Of a stretch of DNA of 8,349 nt, positions 1 through 5,981 are shown piece after piece; within the stretch, counting starts at the first letter, position 1; each line of letters opens with the position of its first letter. The position numbers and the translations under genes are program-made. The notes under the pieces are model-generated. The model made no database searches. It was not told where the DNA came from and was given only the letters and a program-made list of their open reading frames with translations. This DNA comes from a virus (Monodnaviria; Loebvirae; Hofneiviricota; Faserviricetes; Tubulavirales; Inoviridae), in the IMG/VR virus record IMGVR_UViG_2718218102_000001; one strand, given 5' to 3'.

Positions 1-69
1 TGGATAGCGGGTAGGTGCGTGAGCCCTGCTCGCTATCCATCAAATGGACATTATTGATTGGGGTAACTA

Positions 70-378
70 ATGGATTCTTATGGGATTTTATCTGCTCTGG
101 CAGAACGAACGATTACAGCGGAAGAAGCAAAAACAATGACACTTGCAGCCAGAAGTTCTTCGGCTCAGGTAAATGAAGCATCACTTGCTCTGTTACTGAT
201 TGATAATACTCTGGATGCGATCAAAGCAGCTGCCAGTGAAGGGAAAGGATACACTTTACTTCCTTCTTATGAGATTTCTTTAAAAGCCATTGATTTAGCA
301 GAAGAATTTTTAAGGAAACAATGCGGCTATGTTATTGATAACCAGAATGGCGTAAGGACGGTCTATTGGTTTATATGA
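70..378 (+). CDS. hypothetical protein (102 aa), left flank of the phage
   Basis: ATG at 70 follows in-frame stops at 55-57 and 64-66; ends TGA 376-378 followed directly by TAA. GGGG 9 nt upstream as a weak RBS. No family recognised. Confidence 0.45.
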   Translation: MDSYGILSALAERTITAEEAKTMTLAARSSSAQVNEASLALLLIDNTLDAIKAAASEGKGYTLLPSYEISLKAIDLAEEFLRKQCGYVIDNQNGVRTVYWFI

Positions 379-381
379 TAA

Positions 382-422
382 CCCCGGACAGTGACAAAAC
401 TTGCTTTTGTTAGTGTCCGGGG
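382..422 (+). other. stem-loop immediately after the stop of the 70..378 ORF
   Basis: Positions 382-399 pair with 405-422 (9 bp, one mismatch, then 8 bp with one G-T), loop CTTGC. No adjacent T-tract on the + strand, so function is unclear (terminator variant or REP-like element). Confidence 0.4.
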
Positions 423-495
423 TTGGCCAAGCCGAACAATTCTGTTTTTTTAGCGTTATTGCTGATTCGGCGCGGCAGCATTACGAGGAGATAAA

Positions 496-729
496 ATGCA
501 ATTTTTCACATCCAGCGATACTGTAATGTTATGTGCGAAGACCTGCGATCGCTGTGGTCGCCATGCGAAGACGGTGGTAGATGACATTGAGTTCAATGAG
601 TTTCTGTCTGTTAATCACTTAGCTGGATACGGTTCAATTTTTGGTGACAGTAATCGCTTAAAACTGGATTTATGCCAACATTGCCTGAAAGACGTCCTGG
701 GCCAGTGGATTACGGTCTGTGACCAATGA
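496..729 (+). CDS. hypothetical small protein with two CxxC pairs (77 aa), possible zinc-binding
   Basis: ATG at 496 preceded by GAGGAG with about 7 nt spacing. Protein contains CDRC and CQHC about 40 residues apart. Stop TGA 727-729. Confidence 0.5.
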   Translation: MQFFTSSDTVMLCAKTCDRCGRHAKTVVDDIEFNEFLSVNHLAGYGSIFGDSNRLKLDLCQHCLKDVLGQWITVCDQ

Positions 730-765
730 CGGCACCGGTAACGCCAGTTCCCACCATCCTTACCA

Positions 766-863
766 TTGGTGCGCATAATGTTCGACTCGTTATGTTGAAA
801 AGGCCGCTGCGATAATTGAATCCCGCAGCGGCCTCTTTAGCATAACGTCATTGTGCGAACCAA
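766..863. other. dif-like Xer recombination site pair in inverted orientation around a palindrome (candidate folded attP or prophage left junction)
   Basis: 768-778 GGTGCGCATAA equals the E. coli dif XerC arm, and with TG at 779-780 gives a 13-nt exact match to dif. 790-800 TTATGTTGAAA matches the dif XerD arm TTATGTTAAAT at 9/11. The spacer 779-789 is 11 nt, not 6. 801-811 and 824-834 form a perfect 11-bp inverted repeat with a 12-nt loop. On the minus strand 861-835 reads GGTTCGCACAA-TGACG-TTATGCTAAAG, a second dif-like site. In single-stranded form 768-778 pairs with 851-861 (9/11) and 790-800 with 835-845 (8/11), leaving an asymmetric 11 vs 5 nt internal loop. Confidence 0.6.
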
Positions 864-872
864 GTTTTGAAT

Positions 873-1205
873 CTAATAATCTGAATCCATAACTTCGACC
901 ATTTCATCAACATTTTGTTGGAATTGATAGTTTAAATGATTCCAGCCAAAATCACCGGGTTCAAATATATAAGTGTTCCCTTTCTTCTTAGATGTTAGTT
1001 CAAAATAATACTCTGTTGAGCTATTGGCGTTTAAAGTGATGTCATACCAACCAAGATATTTAACTTCCAGCACAGCCATTAGCTGGCTATTGACTTCATT
1101 AAAGACATGCGTCTTACTCATACCAGGGACGGGTTTTCCGTAGATGAAAACCCCATCTTGTGCAGTCCTAACCCTAACCCCATAAACCCTTGATTTTTTT
1201 GCCAT
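873..1205 (-). CDS. hypothetical soluble protein (110 aa), last gene of minus-strand accessory operon
   Basis: ATG is the reverse complement of 1203-1205, stop TAG is the reverse complement of 873-875. Starts 11 nt downstream of the preceding minus-strand gene. The + strand ORFs over this region look like antisense artefacts. Confidence 0.5.
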   Translation of the reverse strand: MAKKSRVYGVRVRTAQDGVFIYGKPVPGMSKTHVFNEVNSQLMAVLEVKYLGWYDITLNANSSTEYYFELTSKKKGNTYIFEPGDFGWNHLNYQFQQNVDEMVEVMDSDY

Positions 1206-1216
1206 TTCAACACTCT

Positions 1217-1570
1217 CTATTTTGATAAGTCATTTCTCATGGACTCGATTAGTTTATTAAAAGCATTGTTTCTTTCTTCTCTCGGACCATCGTTTGTATC
1301 AACTATTTTTTGTGCATAATGTGTGACTTGTTTTGAACCAAACAATGAGCAATGTGTTTGCCACAAGGCATATTCTTTAGATGCTTCGTCCGATGGTGAG
1401 ACCGCTGATTTATGGATTGATGACAATAATCCTAAGTACGCTTTTCTTTTTTCTTCATATAGGCGCTCTTCTTTTTTAGACTTTTTATTTAAAAGGTTTG
1501 TAATGGTTGAATTCAACATCGTCCCTATGCCTAATCCCCCAACAATTCCTAATATCATGTTGTAATCCAT
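1217..1570 (-). CDS. hypothetical membrane-anchored protein (about 117 aa)
   Basis: Start chosen at the ATG giving MDYNMILGIVGGLGIG..., 7 nt after the stop of the upstream gene. The track ORF extends to 1630 but would overlap that gene by 53 nt. Predicted N-terminal transmembrane helix followed by a charged, probably helical domain. No clear RBS, so the start is uncertain. Confidence 0.45.
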   Translation of the reverse strand: MDYNMILGIVGGLGIGTMLNSTITNLLNKKSKKEERLYEEKRKAYLGLLSSIHKSAVSPSDEASKEYALWQTHCSLFGSKQVTHYAQKIVDTNDGPREERNNAFNKLIESMRNDLSK

Positions 1571-1577
1571 AATATTA

Positions 1578-2000
1578 TTACCAGTAATATGAGTTTCTTC
1601 TGTGCCACCAATAAAGCAGGCCATATCCAACGATAAGAATCCCTAAAAACATAAGAGACATTCCCCAGCCAGTTCCATACCACGAAATCATATCATAGAA
1701 AACTAGCCCGCCCATTTCACGAACTCCGGCAGCTTCTTTAAGAATTGGTTTGAATACCGGAATCAGAAAGGCGATAGCCAGCGGTGTACCCCATCGAACA
1801 AGGCCGGTTTCCATTTTGATCCCGAAAAAGATCCCGCCACCGACAGCAAGAAGCCAAAAAATCAGGTTTGGCGCTGTTTCCAGAGCTGTTTGCCATTCAA
1901 CATCGAATGTCTTCATCAGCCAGAGAACGATGACTAAGGAGAAAATGGCTACACCACCAAAAACTAGTTCGACGCTACTTATTTCATTATTTCTGTTCAT
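1578..2000 (-). CDS. hypothetical small integral membrane protein (140 aa, about 4 predicted TM helices)
   Basis: ATG is the reverse complement of 1998-2000, stop TAA is the reverse complement of 1578-1580. Four hydrophobic segments and a Trp/Tyr-rich C-terminus. AAGGA lies immediately upstream with very short spacing. Confidence 0.55.
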   Translation of the reverse strand: MNRNNEISSVELVFGGVAIFSLVIVLWLMKTFDVEWQTALETAPNLIFWLLAVGGGIFFGIKMETGLVRWGTPLAIAFLIPVFKPILKEAAGVREMGGLVFYDMISWYGTGWGMSLMFLGILIVGYGLLYWWHRRNSYYW

Positions 2001-2041
2001 TCCTTCGATCCTTTTATTCGTTCAAAAATCGCGCAATTTAA

Positions 2042-2072
2042 AAACGTGCAGTGTAGGTAATACTGCACGTTT
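2042..2072 (-). terminator. candidate rho-independent terminator or attenuator on the minus strand, between the regulator gene and the accessory operon
   Basis: Perfect 11-bp inverted repeat (2042-2052 with 2062-2072), 9-nt loop. On the minus strand the stem is followed by UUUUUAAAUU. Lies 17 nt downstream of the stop of the 2089..2271 gene. Confidence 0.5.
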
Positions 2073-2088
2073 GTACCATTCGTGGTAC

Positions 2089-2271
2089 TTAATCCTTTTG
2101 TTTGGCAGACATGAGATCTTCTGCTGCATCTTTAGAGTAGTTATCAATCAGATAACCTAAAATCTCTGTCCATGTAATTGTTTTTCCTAGTTTTACACTG
2201 GCATTTATAGCCAGTCGTTCTAGTTTCATTTTTCTTTCTTCCGTCACGTTATAAGTCGTGCGCTTTGCCAT
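2089..2271 (-). CDS. putative ribbon-helix-helix (Arc/MetJ/CopG-like) DNA-binding regulator (60 aa), divergent from gII
   Basis: MAKRTTYNVTEERKMKLERLAINASVKLGKTITWTEILGYLIDNY fits a beta-strand, helix, G-x-T turn, helix pattern. Placement is divergent from the replication gene, as for repressors of other filamentous prophages (for example RstR of CTXphi, by analogy only). Confidence 0.5.
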   Translation of the reverse strand: MAKRTTYNVTEERKMKLERLAINASVKLGKTITWTEILGYLIDNYSKDAAEDLMSAKQKD

Positions 2272-2440
2272 TTTTTACGCTCGTTCAATGCAATATTTGA
2301 AGTGAGTATACATGCTCATGAACTCATATCATCCAAGCCTCTTGAACTCACTAGCTCACTGATGTAATGTTAAAACACTAATGAACTACTGAACTCATGT
2401 GTTAGTAAGTCGTCATTTTTGCAATTTTGAGGATTTATTC
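2272..2440. promoter_or_regulatory. divergent promoter/operator region with iterated motifs; possible (+) strand origin
   Basis: Four copies of TGAACT(C/A) at 2319, 2343, 2382 and 2390. CTCACT is repeated at 2347 and 2355. Candidate sigma70 promoter for gII: TTGAAC (2342-2347), 17 nt, TAATGT (2365-2370). GAGGA at 2429-2433 lies 7 nt before GTG 2441. Confidence 0.4.
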
Positions 2441-3493
2441 GTGATCGATTGGCTTACCGGGATTTTCCCTTGCACACACAAACCGCTTCCGGCGGGGAGT
2501 GTTGTCAGCGTTGATGCTGACGGTGCAATTGAGTGGGAAACCGTTAAGCGACTGACTGTTCGCGGCTCGCATGAAGCAACGATGAAAGTACGATCGATAG
2601 GATCTAATGGCGAAGGTAAAGCGACACATTTGTACATTGATGGTAATCCGTCCAAGTTTTTGCAGGGGCATTCTGTTGTTGGGTCGGATGATATACAAGG
2701 GCTCATGTTGACGGTCTATGCCAGGATTTTATCCTTATTGAATATTCCTCATGATTTAGCGTCTTATAAAGCTGTTATAGCAGGTCAGTATAAAATTTCA
2801 CGTGTTGACATTAATTACATGTATTCATTATCTACGCTAGAAAATGTCAGATCATGGCTTTATGCCGCCGAATTTAAAGCTAAAACACGCCATGGTCGCG
2901 CATGTGGGAAAGGCGGTACAGTTTATTTAGGTAAAAACTCCCGTCGATGGAGTCTGAAATTTTATTCAAAATATGATGAACACGTTTCGGGTAAAAAAGG
3001 GCACCAGATAGCCGAAGATTTTGTACGAGCCGGGTTACTGGACTGGACGAAAGATAAATTACGTATTGAATTAACATTAAGAACAACTGAGCTTATTGAT
3101 TTAAATTTAACGCTTGGCGCTAACTGGAATATGAAAACACCACGTCAATTATTCTCTGAATATGTAGGGAGAATAGAAATGAATCAGAATGCTATTTTAA
3201 GTGATGAAAAAATAACGAAACTGCCAAGAAAAATACAGTCAACTTATTTACTTTGGAAACAAGGGGCTAACATGAAAGAAATGTTACCTCATAACACTTT
3301 TTATCGCCATAGAAGAGAATTGCTTTCGTTCGGTATCGATATTAATTTCTATTGTGATTCACCAGACTCTAATAACGTTGTTCCGCTAATAAGAACGCTG
3401 GAAGCCAAGCCAGTGGAAATCCCCTTATGGATTTATGAGAAAGGTTTTATTTTCGATTACAACCGTATTTCGCACGCCAGTAGCTGGCATTAA
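2441..3493 (+). CDS. gII: replication initiation (rolling-circle nickase) protein, Ff gene II-like (about 350 aa)
   Basis: N-terminus (M)IDWLTG resembles Ff pII MIDMLVL; KFLQGHSVVG resembles KVLQGHNVFG; C-terminal NNVVPLIR resembles NNVVPLVR (M13 recalled from memory). GTG 2441 chosen over GTG 2399 because of the GAGGA RBS. Stop TAA 3491-3493. Confidence 0.75.
   Translation: MIDWLTGIFPCTHKPLPAGSVVSVDADGAIEWETVKRLTVRGSHEATMKVRSIGSNGEGKATHLYIDGNPSKFLQGHSVVGSDDIQGLMLTVYARILSLLNIPHDLASYKAVIAGQYKISRVDINYMYSLSTLENVRSWLYAAEFKAKTRHGRACGKGGTVYLGKNSRRWSLKFYSKYDEHVSGKKGHQIAEDFVRAGLLDWTKDKLRIELTLRTTELIDLNLTLGANWNMKTPRQLFSEYVGRIEMNQNAILSDEKITKLPRKIQSTYLLWKQGANMKEMLPHNTFYRHRRELLSFGIDINFYCDSPDSNNVVPLIRTLEAKPVEIPLWIYEKGFIFDYNRISHASSWH
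3179..3493 (+). CDS. gX: gene X-like product from an in-frame internal start within gII (104 aa)
   Basis: In-frame ATG at 3179 preceded by AGGGAG with 7 nt spacing. Context IEMNQNAILSDEK aligns with the Ff pX start region DSMNIYDDSAVLD. Confidence 0.5.
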   Translation: MNQNAILSDEKITKLPRKIQSTYLLWKQGANMKEMLPHNTFYRHRRELLSFGIDINFYCDSPDSNNVVPLIRTLEAKPVEIPLWIYEKGFIFDYNRISHASSWH

Positions 3494-3504
3494 AGGAAAG
3501 TAAT

Positions 3505-3822
3505 ATGTCTAATTATGGTCTTTTCGTTAAGGGTAAAATGTTGGGAGCCCGCCAACGTAATAAAGTTAATGGTCAGGGCTATTATAATGAAATTGGTATT
3601 GGCCTTGAAATACCTGATGGTTTTGGTGGTACAAAGCAGGATCAAATTATTATTCGAGTTTCTCAGACTCTCGTTAACGCAGGTCTAATGAACCAGGCGA
3701 ATGCTTTCATTGGGAAATTAGTTCAAATTCCTGTCTATGTCCGTGCGTGGTCAATGGAGGGTAGGGAAGGTGTAACTTATAATGTTTCTTCCGATGGTGG
3801 CATCGCAGAGATCAAAGGTTAA
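3505..3822 (+). CDS. putative ssDNA-binding protein in the gene V position (105 aa)
   Basis: ATG 3505 with AGGAA RBS at 6 nt spacing, 11 nt after the gII stop and 2 nt before gVII. Assignment is by position only; I see no obvious similarity to Ff pV. Confidence 0.5.
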   Translation: MSNYGLFVKGKMLGARQRNKVNGQGYYNEIGIGLEIPDGFGGTKQDQIIIRVSQTLVNAGLMNQANAFIGKLVQIPVYVRAWSMEGREGVTYNVSSDGGIAEIKG

Positions 3823-3824
3823 AT

Positions 3825-3911
3825 ATGGACGATGTTATTCAAATTTTGATAGCGTCTGGCATCGTTATTTCTTTTGGCCTCGGCGCGATTACTGCGGGGG
3901 TCTTTCGTTAA
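3825..3911 (+). CDS. gVII: minor coat protein pVII-like (28 aa)
   Basis: Not in the ORF track (too short). Hand translation gives MDDVIQILIASGIVISFGLGAITAGVFR, hydrophobic with a GxxxAG motif like Ff pVII. Stop TAA 3909-3911 overlaps the next ATG (TAATG). Confidence 0.6.
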   Translation: MDDVIQILIASGIVISFGLGAITAGVFR

Positions 3912-4006
3912 TGTATATCGTTTATTTCTTCGGGGCTTATACCTTTGGTTTTGCCCTTTTCTATGCGGTCGGTTCATTTAAATCATTTTCTGACCGATTA
4001 ATGTAA
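3911..4006 (+). CDS. gIX: minor coat protein pIX-like (31 aa)
   Basis: ATG 3911 overlaps the gVII stop. Product MYIVYFFGAYTFGFALFYAVGSFKSFSDRLM is hydrophobic and ends RLM, like Ff pIX. It corresponds to the C-terminal part of track ORF 3782..4006. Confidence 0.6.
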   Translation: MYIVYFFGAYTFGFALFYAVGSFKSFSDRLM

Positions 4007-4025
4007 CCTTAATGGAGTTATTCCT

Positions 4026-4268
4026 ATGAAAATTCTGTCTACTGTTAAATATAAAGTTGCTCTGGCTTCAACTGCGCTTTTTGTTTCTGCAAGTTCTTTT
4101 GCGGCTGAAGGCGCTACAGGTGGTACTGATTATGCAGGTCAGGCAATGGATGCTTTGTTGACTCAGGCAAATGATCTCATTGGTAAAGTATGGCCTGTTG
4201 TTGTGGCTGTGGTTGGCGCTGGGCTTGCCATTCGTATTTTCAAAAAATTCTCTTCAAAAGCGGTTTGA
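4026..4268 (+). CDS. gVIII: major coat protein pVIII precursor (80 aa)
   Basis: GGAG RBS 8 nt upstream. Signal peptide ending SFA|AEG, acidic N-terminus, hydrophobic core, basic C-terminus [12 protein letters not shown] typical of Ff/IKe-class major coat proteins. Confidence 0.9.
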   Translation: MKILSTVKYKVALASTALFVSASSFAAEGATGGTDYAGQAMDALLTQANDLIGKVWPVVVAVVGAGLAIRIFKKFSSKAV

Positions 4269-4277
4269 ATTTCACTC

Positions 4278-4300
4278 AGGGGCACTCGTTGCCCCTTTAT
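4278..4300 (+). terminator. rho-independent terminator after gVIII
   Basis: AGGGGCA (4278-4284), loop CTCGT, TGCCCCT (4290-4296), then TTATT. Ff phages have a strong terminator at this position (established knowledge). Confidence 0.65.
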
Positions 4301-4314
4301 TAAAGCGGGTTACT

Positions 4315-5640
4315 ATGAAAAGGAAAATATTAATTCTTTCCGCTGTCCTCATTTCTCCTTTTTCACATGCTGAGTCATGGGAAAGCATTACTAAATCCAC
4401 TTATCAAAGCTCTGCCTACGCTGAAAGTAAGCAAATAACCAATCAGGATGGCTCTAAGTCAACGGTTTACTATATTGATGCTGCTATGCAGGCCTCCGCT
4501 TGTCAGGGTGCTAAATCCAGTGCTCAGAGTGTATTTACTCAGGTTAAACCAACTTATGAGGGTATCTGGCCTGATTCTGAATTCCGTCTTGTTTTTACTG
4601 GTGATTGTACTTACAGCGATTCACCAGGGCAGAAGGATAAATATTGGTCTTTAACGGCTTATATTGTTGGTGATATTCAGCGTTCTGTTCCTGATGAAAA
4701 ACCTACTGACCCGACACCAGAAGAAATTTGTGAAGCGAAGCCGCCAGAAGAAGGTGTATTTAATAATGTTGATTCATATGATGGTGGTCGTTATATCTAC
4801 TATAACGGCTGTGAATATGAGGCTACTGGTGTCATTGTTTGTCAGGGTGATGGTACTGTTTGCGCTGCAACATGGAAGCCTACAGGTACTGTAGCTGACC
4901 CCTCTGATAAACCCTCAACCCCCCAAAATGGTGGTGGTGAGTCTGGCGGTGGTGAGTCTGGCGGTGGTGAGTCTGGCGGTGGTGAGTCCGGTGGCGGTAG
5001 TTCTGGCGGTGGTGAGTCCGGTGGCGGTAGTTCTGGCGGTGGTGAGTCCGGTGGCGGTAGTTCTGGCGGTGGTGAGTCCGGTGGCGGTAGTTCTGGCGGT
5101 GGCTTTAGTGGTTCCAGTCTTTCTAAAGGTGATATTCAGTCTGCTATCGAAGGTGCTTCACCCAAAATAGCCAGCGATATTCATGATAAATTAACGGAGA
5201 AAGACACTTCATCAGATGATAAAAAAAATGCCGATGAACAAACTAGGAATAATATAAATCGTCTTGACGATTCCATTAACAATCTTACGCGGGGGGCTGG
5301 CCGTTTTGCTGACCCTTCAGGTGGTGATTCTCGTTATGGAAAGGGCGACTCTGAATTAGATGGCGCTTCTACTTTGGCTGATTCTGAATTGGGAATTGAA
5401 AAGGATTCTCACGGTGCTTTATGGGAAGCATTTTTAAATAAAGGTGCTATGCTGCCTAATTTACCCAATGGTAACGGCTGCTCTGATTTTATTATTTTTC
5501 CCGGAGAGGTTTATCAGATTGATATTGGTTGCGATAAATTACTGACTATTAAAGATGTTCTTTCATGGGTTTTTTATTGCCTTACGTTCTGGTATGTCTT
5601 TACTTCTTTAACTTCATTGCTTCGCAAAGGGGGTGAGTGA
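4315..5640 (+). CDS. gIII: minor coat / adsorption protein pIII (about 441 aa)
   Basis: Start set at the in-frame ATG 4315 giving signal peptide [19 protein letters not shown]; the track ORF begins upstream inside gVIII. Cys-rich N-terminal domain, long Gly-rich linker, and a C-terminal anchor resembling the M13 pIII C-terminus (CDK...YVF...LRxK). Stop TGA 5638-5640 overlaps the gVI ATG. Confidence 0.9.
   Translation: MKRKILILSAVLISPFSHAESWESITKSTYQSSAYAESKQITNQDGSKSTVYYIDAAMQASACQGAKSSAQSVFTQVKPTYEGIWPDSEFRLVFTGDCTYSDSPGQKDKYWSLTAYIVGDIQRSVPDEKPTDPTPEEICEAKPPEEGVFNNVDSYDGGRYIYYNGCEYEATGVIVCQGDGTVCAATWKPTGTVADPSDKPSTPQNGGGESGGGESGGGESGGGESGGGSSGGGESGGGSSGGGESGGGSSGGGESGGGSSGGGFSGSSLSKGDIQSAIEGASPKIASDIHDKLTEKDTSSDDKKNADEQTRNNINRLDDSINNLTRGAGRFADPSGGDSRYGKGDSELDGASTLADSELGIEKDSHGALWEAFLNKGAMLPNLPNGNGCSDFIIFPGEVYQIDIGCDKLLTIKDVLSWVFYCLTFWYVFTSLTSLLRKGGE
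4936..5100 (+). repeat. in-frame tandem repeat, 11 copies of a 15-nt unit, encoding the Gly-rich pIII linker
   Basis: GGTGAGTCTGGCGGT x3 (4936-4980), then a 30-nt unit GGTGAGTCCGGTGGCGGTAGTTCTGGCGGT x4 (4981-5100). Encodes alternating GGGES and GGGSS. Confidence 0.9.
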
Positions 5641-5981
5641 TGCCTTTATTATTAGGTATTCCTGCATTGTTGCGTTTTCTTATTGGTCTTGTTCCTTTGT
5701 TTATTGGCTATGTGGCGAGTTTTTTAGCTCGACTTGCTACCAGAACAGGATTAATCGCCTTTGCATTGGTCGCATTAATTACAACAACTGTTACGCTTTT
5801 AATGCAGTACCTTGCTGAGGTCATGTATAACGGTTTACCTGCTGATTTCTCCCATTTAATGGCGTCTGTATTGCCTGACCATTTTCAGGCGTGTGTTAAC
5901 GTTATTATGGTTACTCGTATCAGTGTTTTTGTTTTCGATTTAAAACAAAAATTTCTTGATTATGCAAACAGGGTGATTTAA
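5640..5981 (+). CDS. gVI: minor coat protein pVI (113 aa)
   Basis: [17 protein letters not shown]... resembles M13 pVI MPVLLGIPLLLRFLG... (recalled). ATG 5640 overlaps the gIII stop (TGATG); the track used GTG 5637. Stop TAA 5979-5981 abuts the gI ATG. Confidence 0.85.
   Translation: MPLLLGIPALLRFLIGLVPLFIGYVASFLARLATRTGLIAFALVALITTTVTLLMQYLAEVMYNGLPADFSHLMASVLPDHFQACVNVIMVTRISVFVFDLKQKFLDYANRVI

Noticed and set aside
496-729. 77-aa CxxC protein as a TraR/DksA-type C4 zinc finger
   Set aside because: The two CxxC pairs are about 40 residues apart, not the roughly 17 I recall for TraR/DksA; left as unassigned.
801-834. Perfect 11-bp hairpin between convergent genes, read as a simple bidirectional rho-independent terminator
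   Set aside because: It may still terminate the minus-strand operon (UUU follows on that strand), but it is flanked on both sides by inverted dif-like half-sites, so a pure terminator reading misses the larger structure.
1323-2160. Plus-strand track ORFs 1323..1565 and 1750..2160
   Set aside because: They are antisense to better-supported minus-strand genes and their products are Arg/Ser/Pro-rich, typical of antisense frames.
2399-2440. GTG at 2399 as the gII start
   Set aside because: No RBS upstream, whereas GAGGA lies 7 nt before GTG 2441 and the resulting N-terminus resembles Ff pII; 2399 cannot be fully excluded.
2413-3086. Minus-strand track ORFs 2413..2706, 2435..2698 and 2880..3086
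   Set aside because: They lie antisense within gII, with no RBS and no coherent protein features.
4171-4314. 5' extension of the track's gIII ORF ([13 protein letters not shown]...)
   Set aside because: It overlaps gVIII and its terminator; the in-frame ATG at 4315 gives a canonical signal peptide.
4448-4894. Plus-strand track ORFs 4448..4654 and 4664..4894
   Set aside because: Alternate frames inside gIII.
4936-5100. Regular short tandem repeats as a possible CRISPR array
   Set aside because: Repeats are contiguous with no spacers, only 15 nt long, and lie in frame inside gIII encoding a Gly/Ser linker.
4928-5170. Track ORF encoding [14 protein letters not shown]... (80 aa)
   Set aside because: It is an alternate-frame reading of the gIII Gly-linker tandem repeat; low-complexity artefact inside a well-supported gene.
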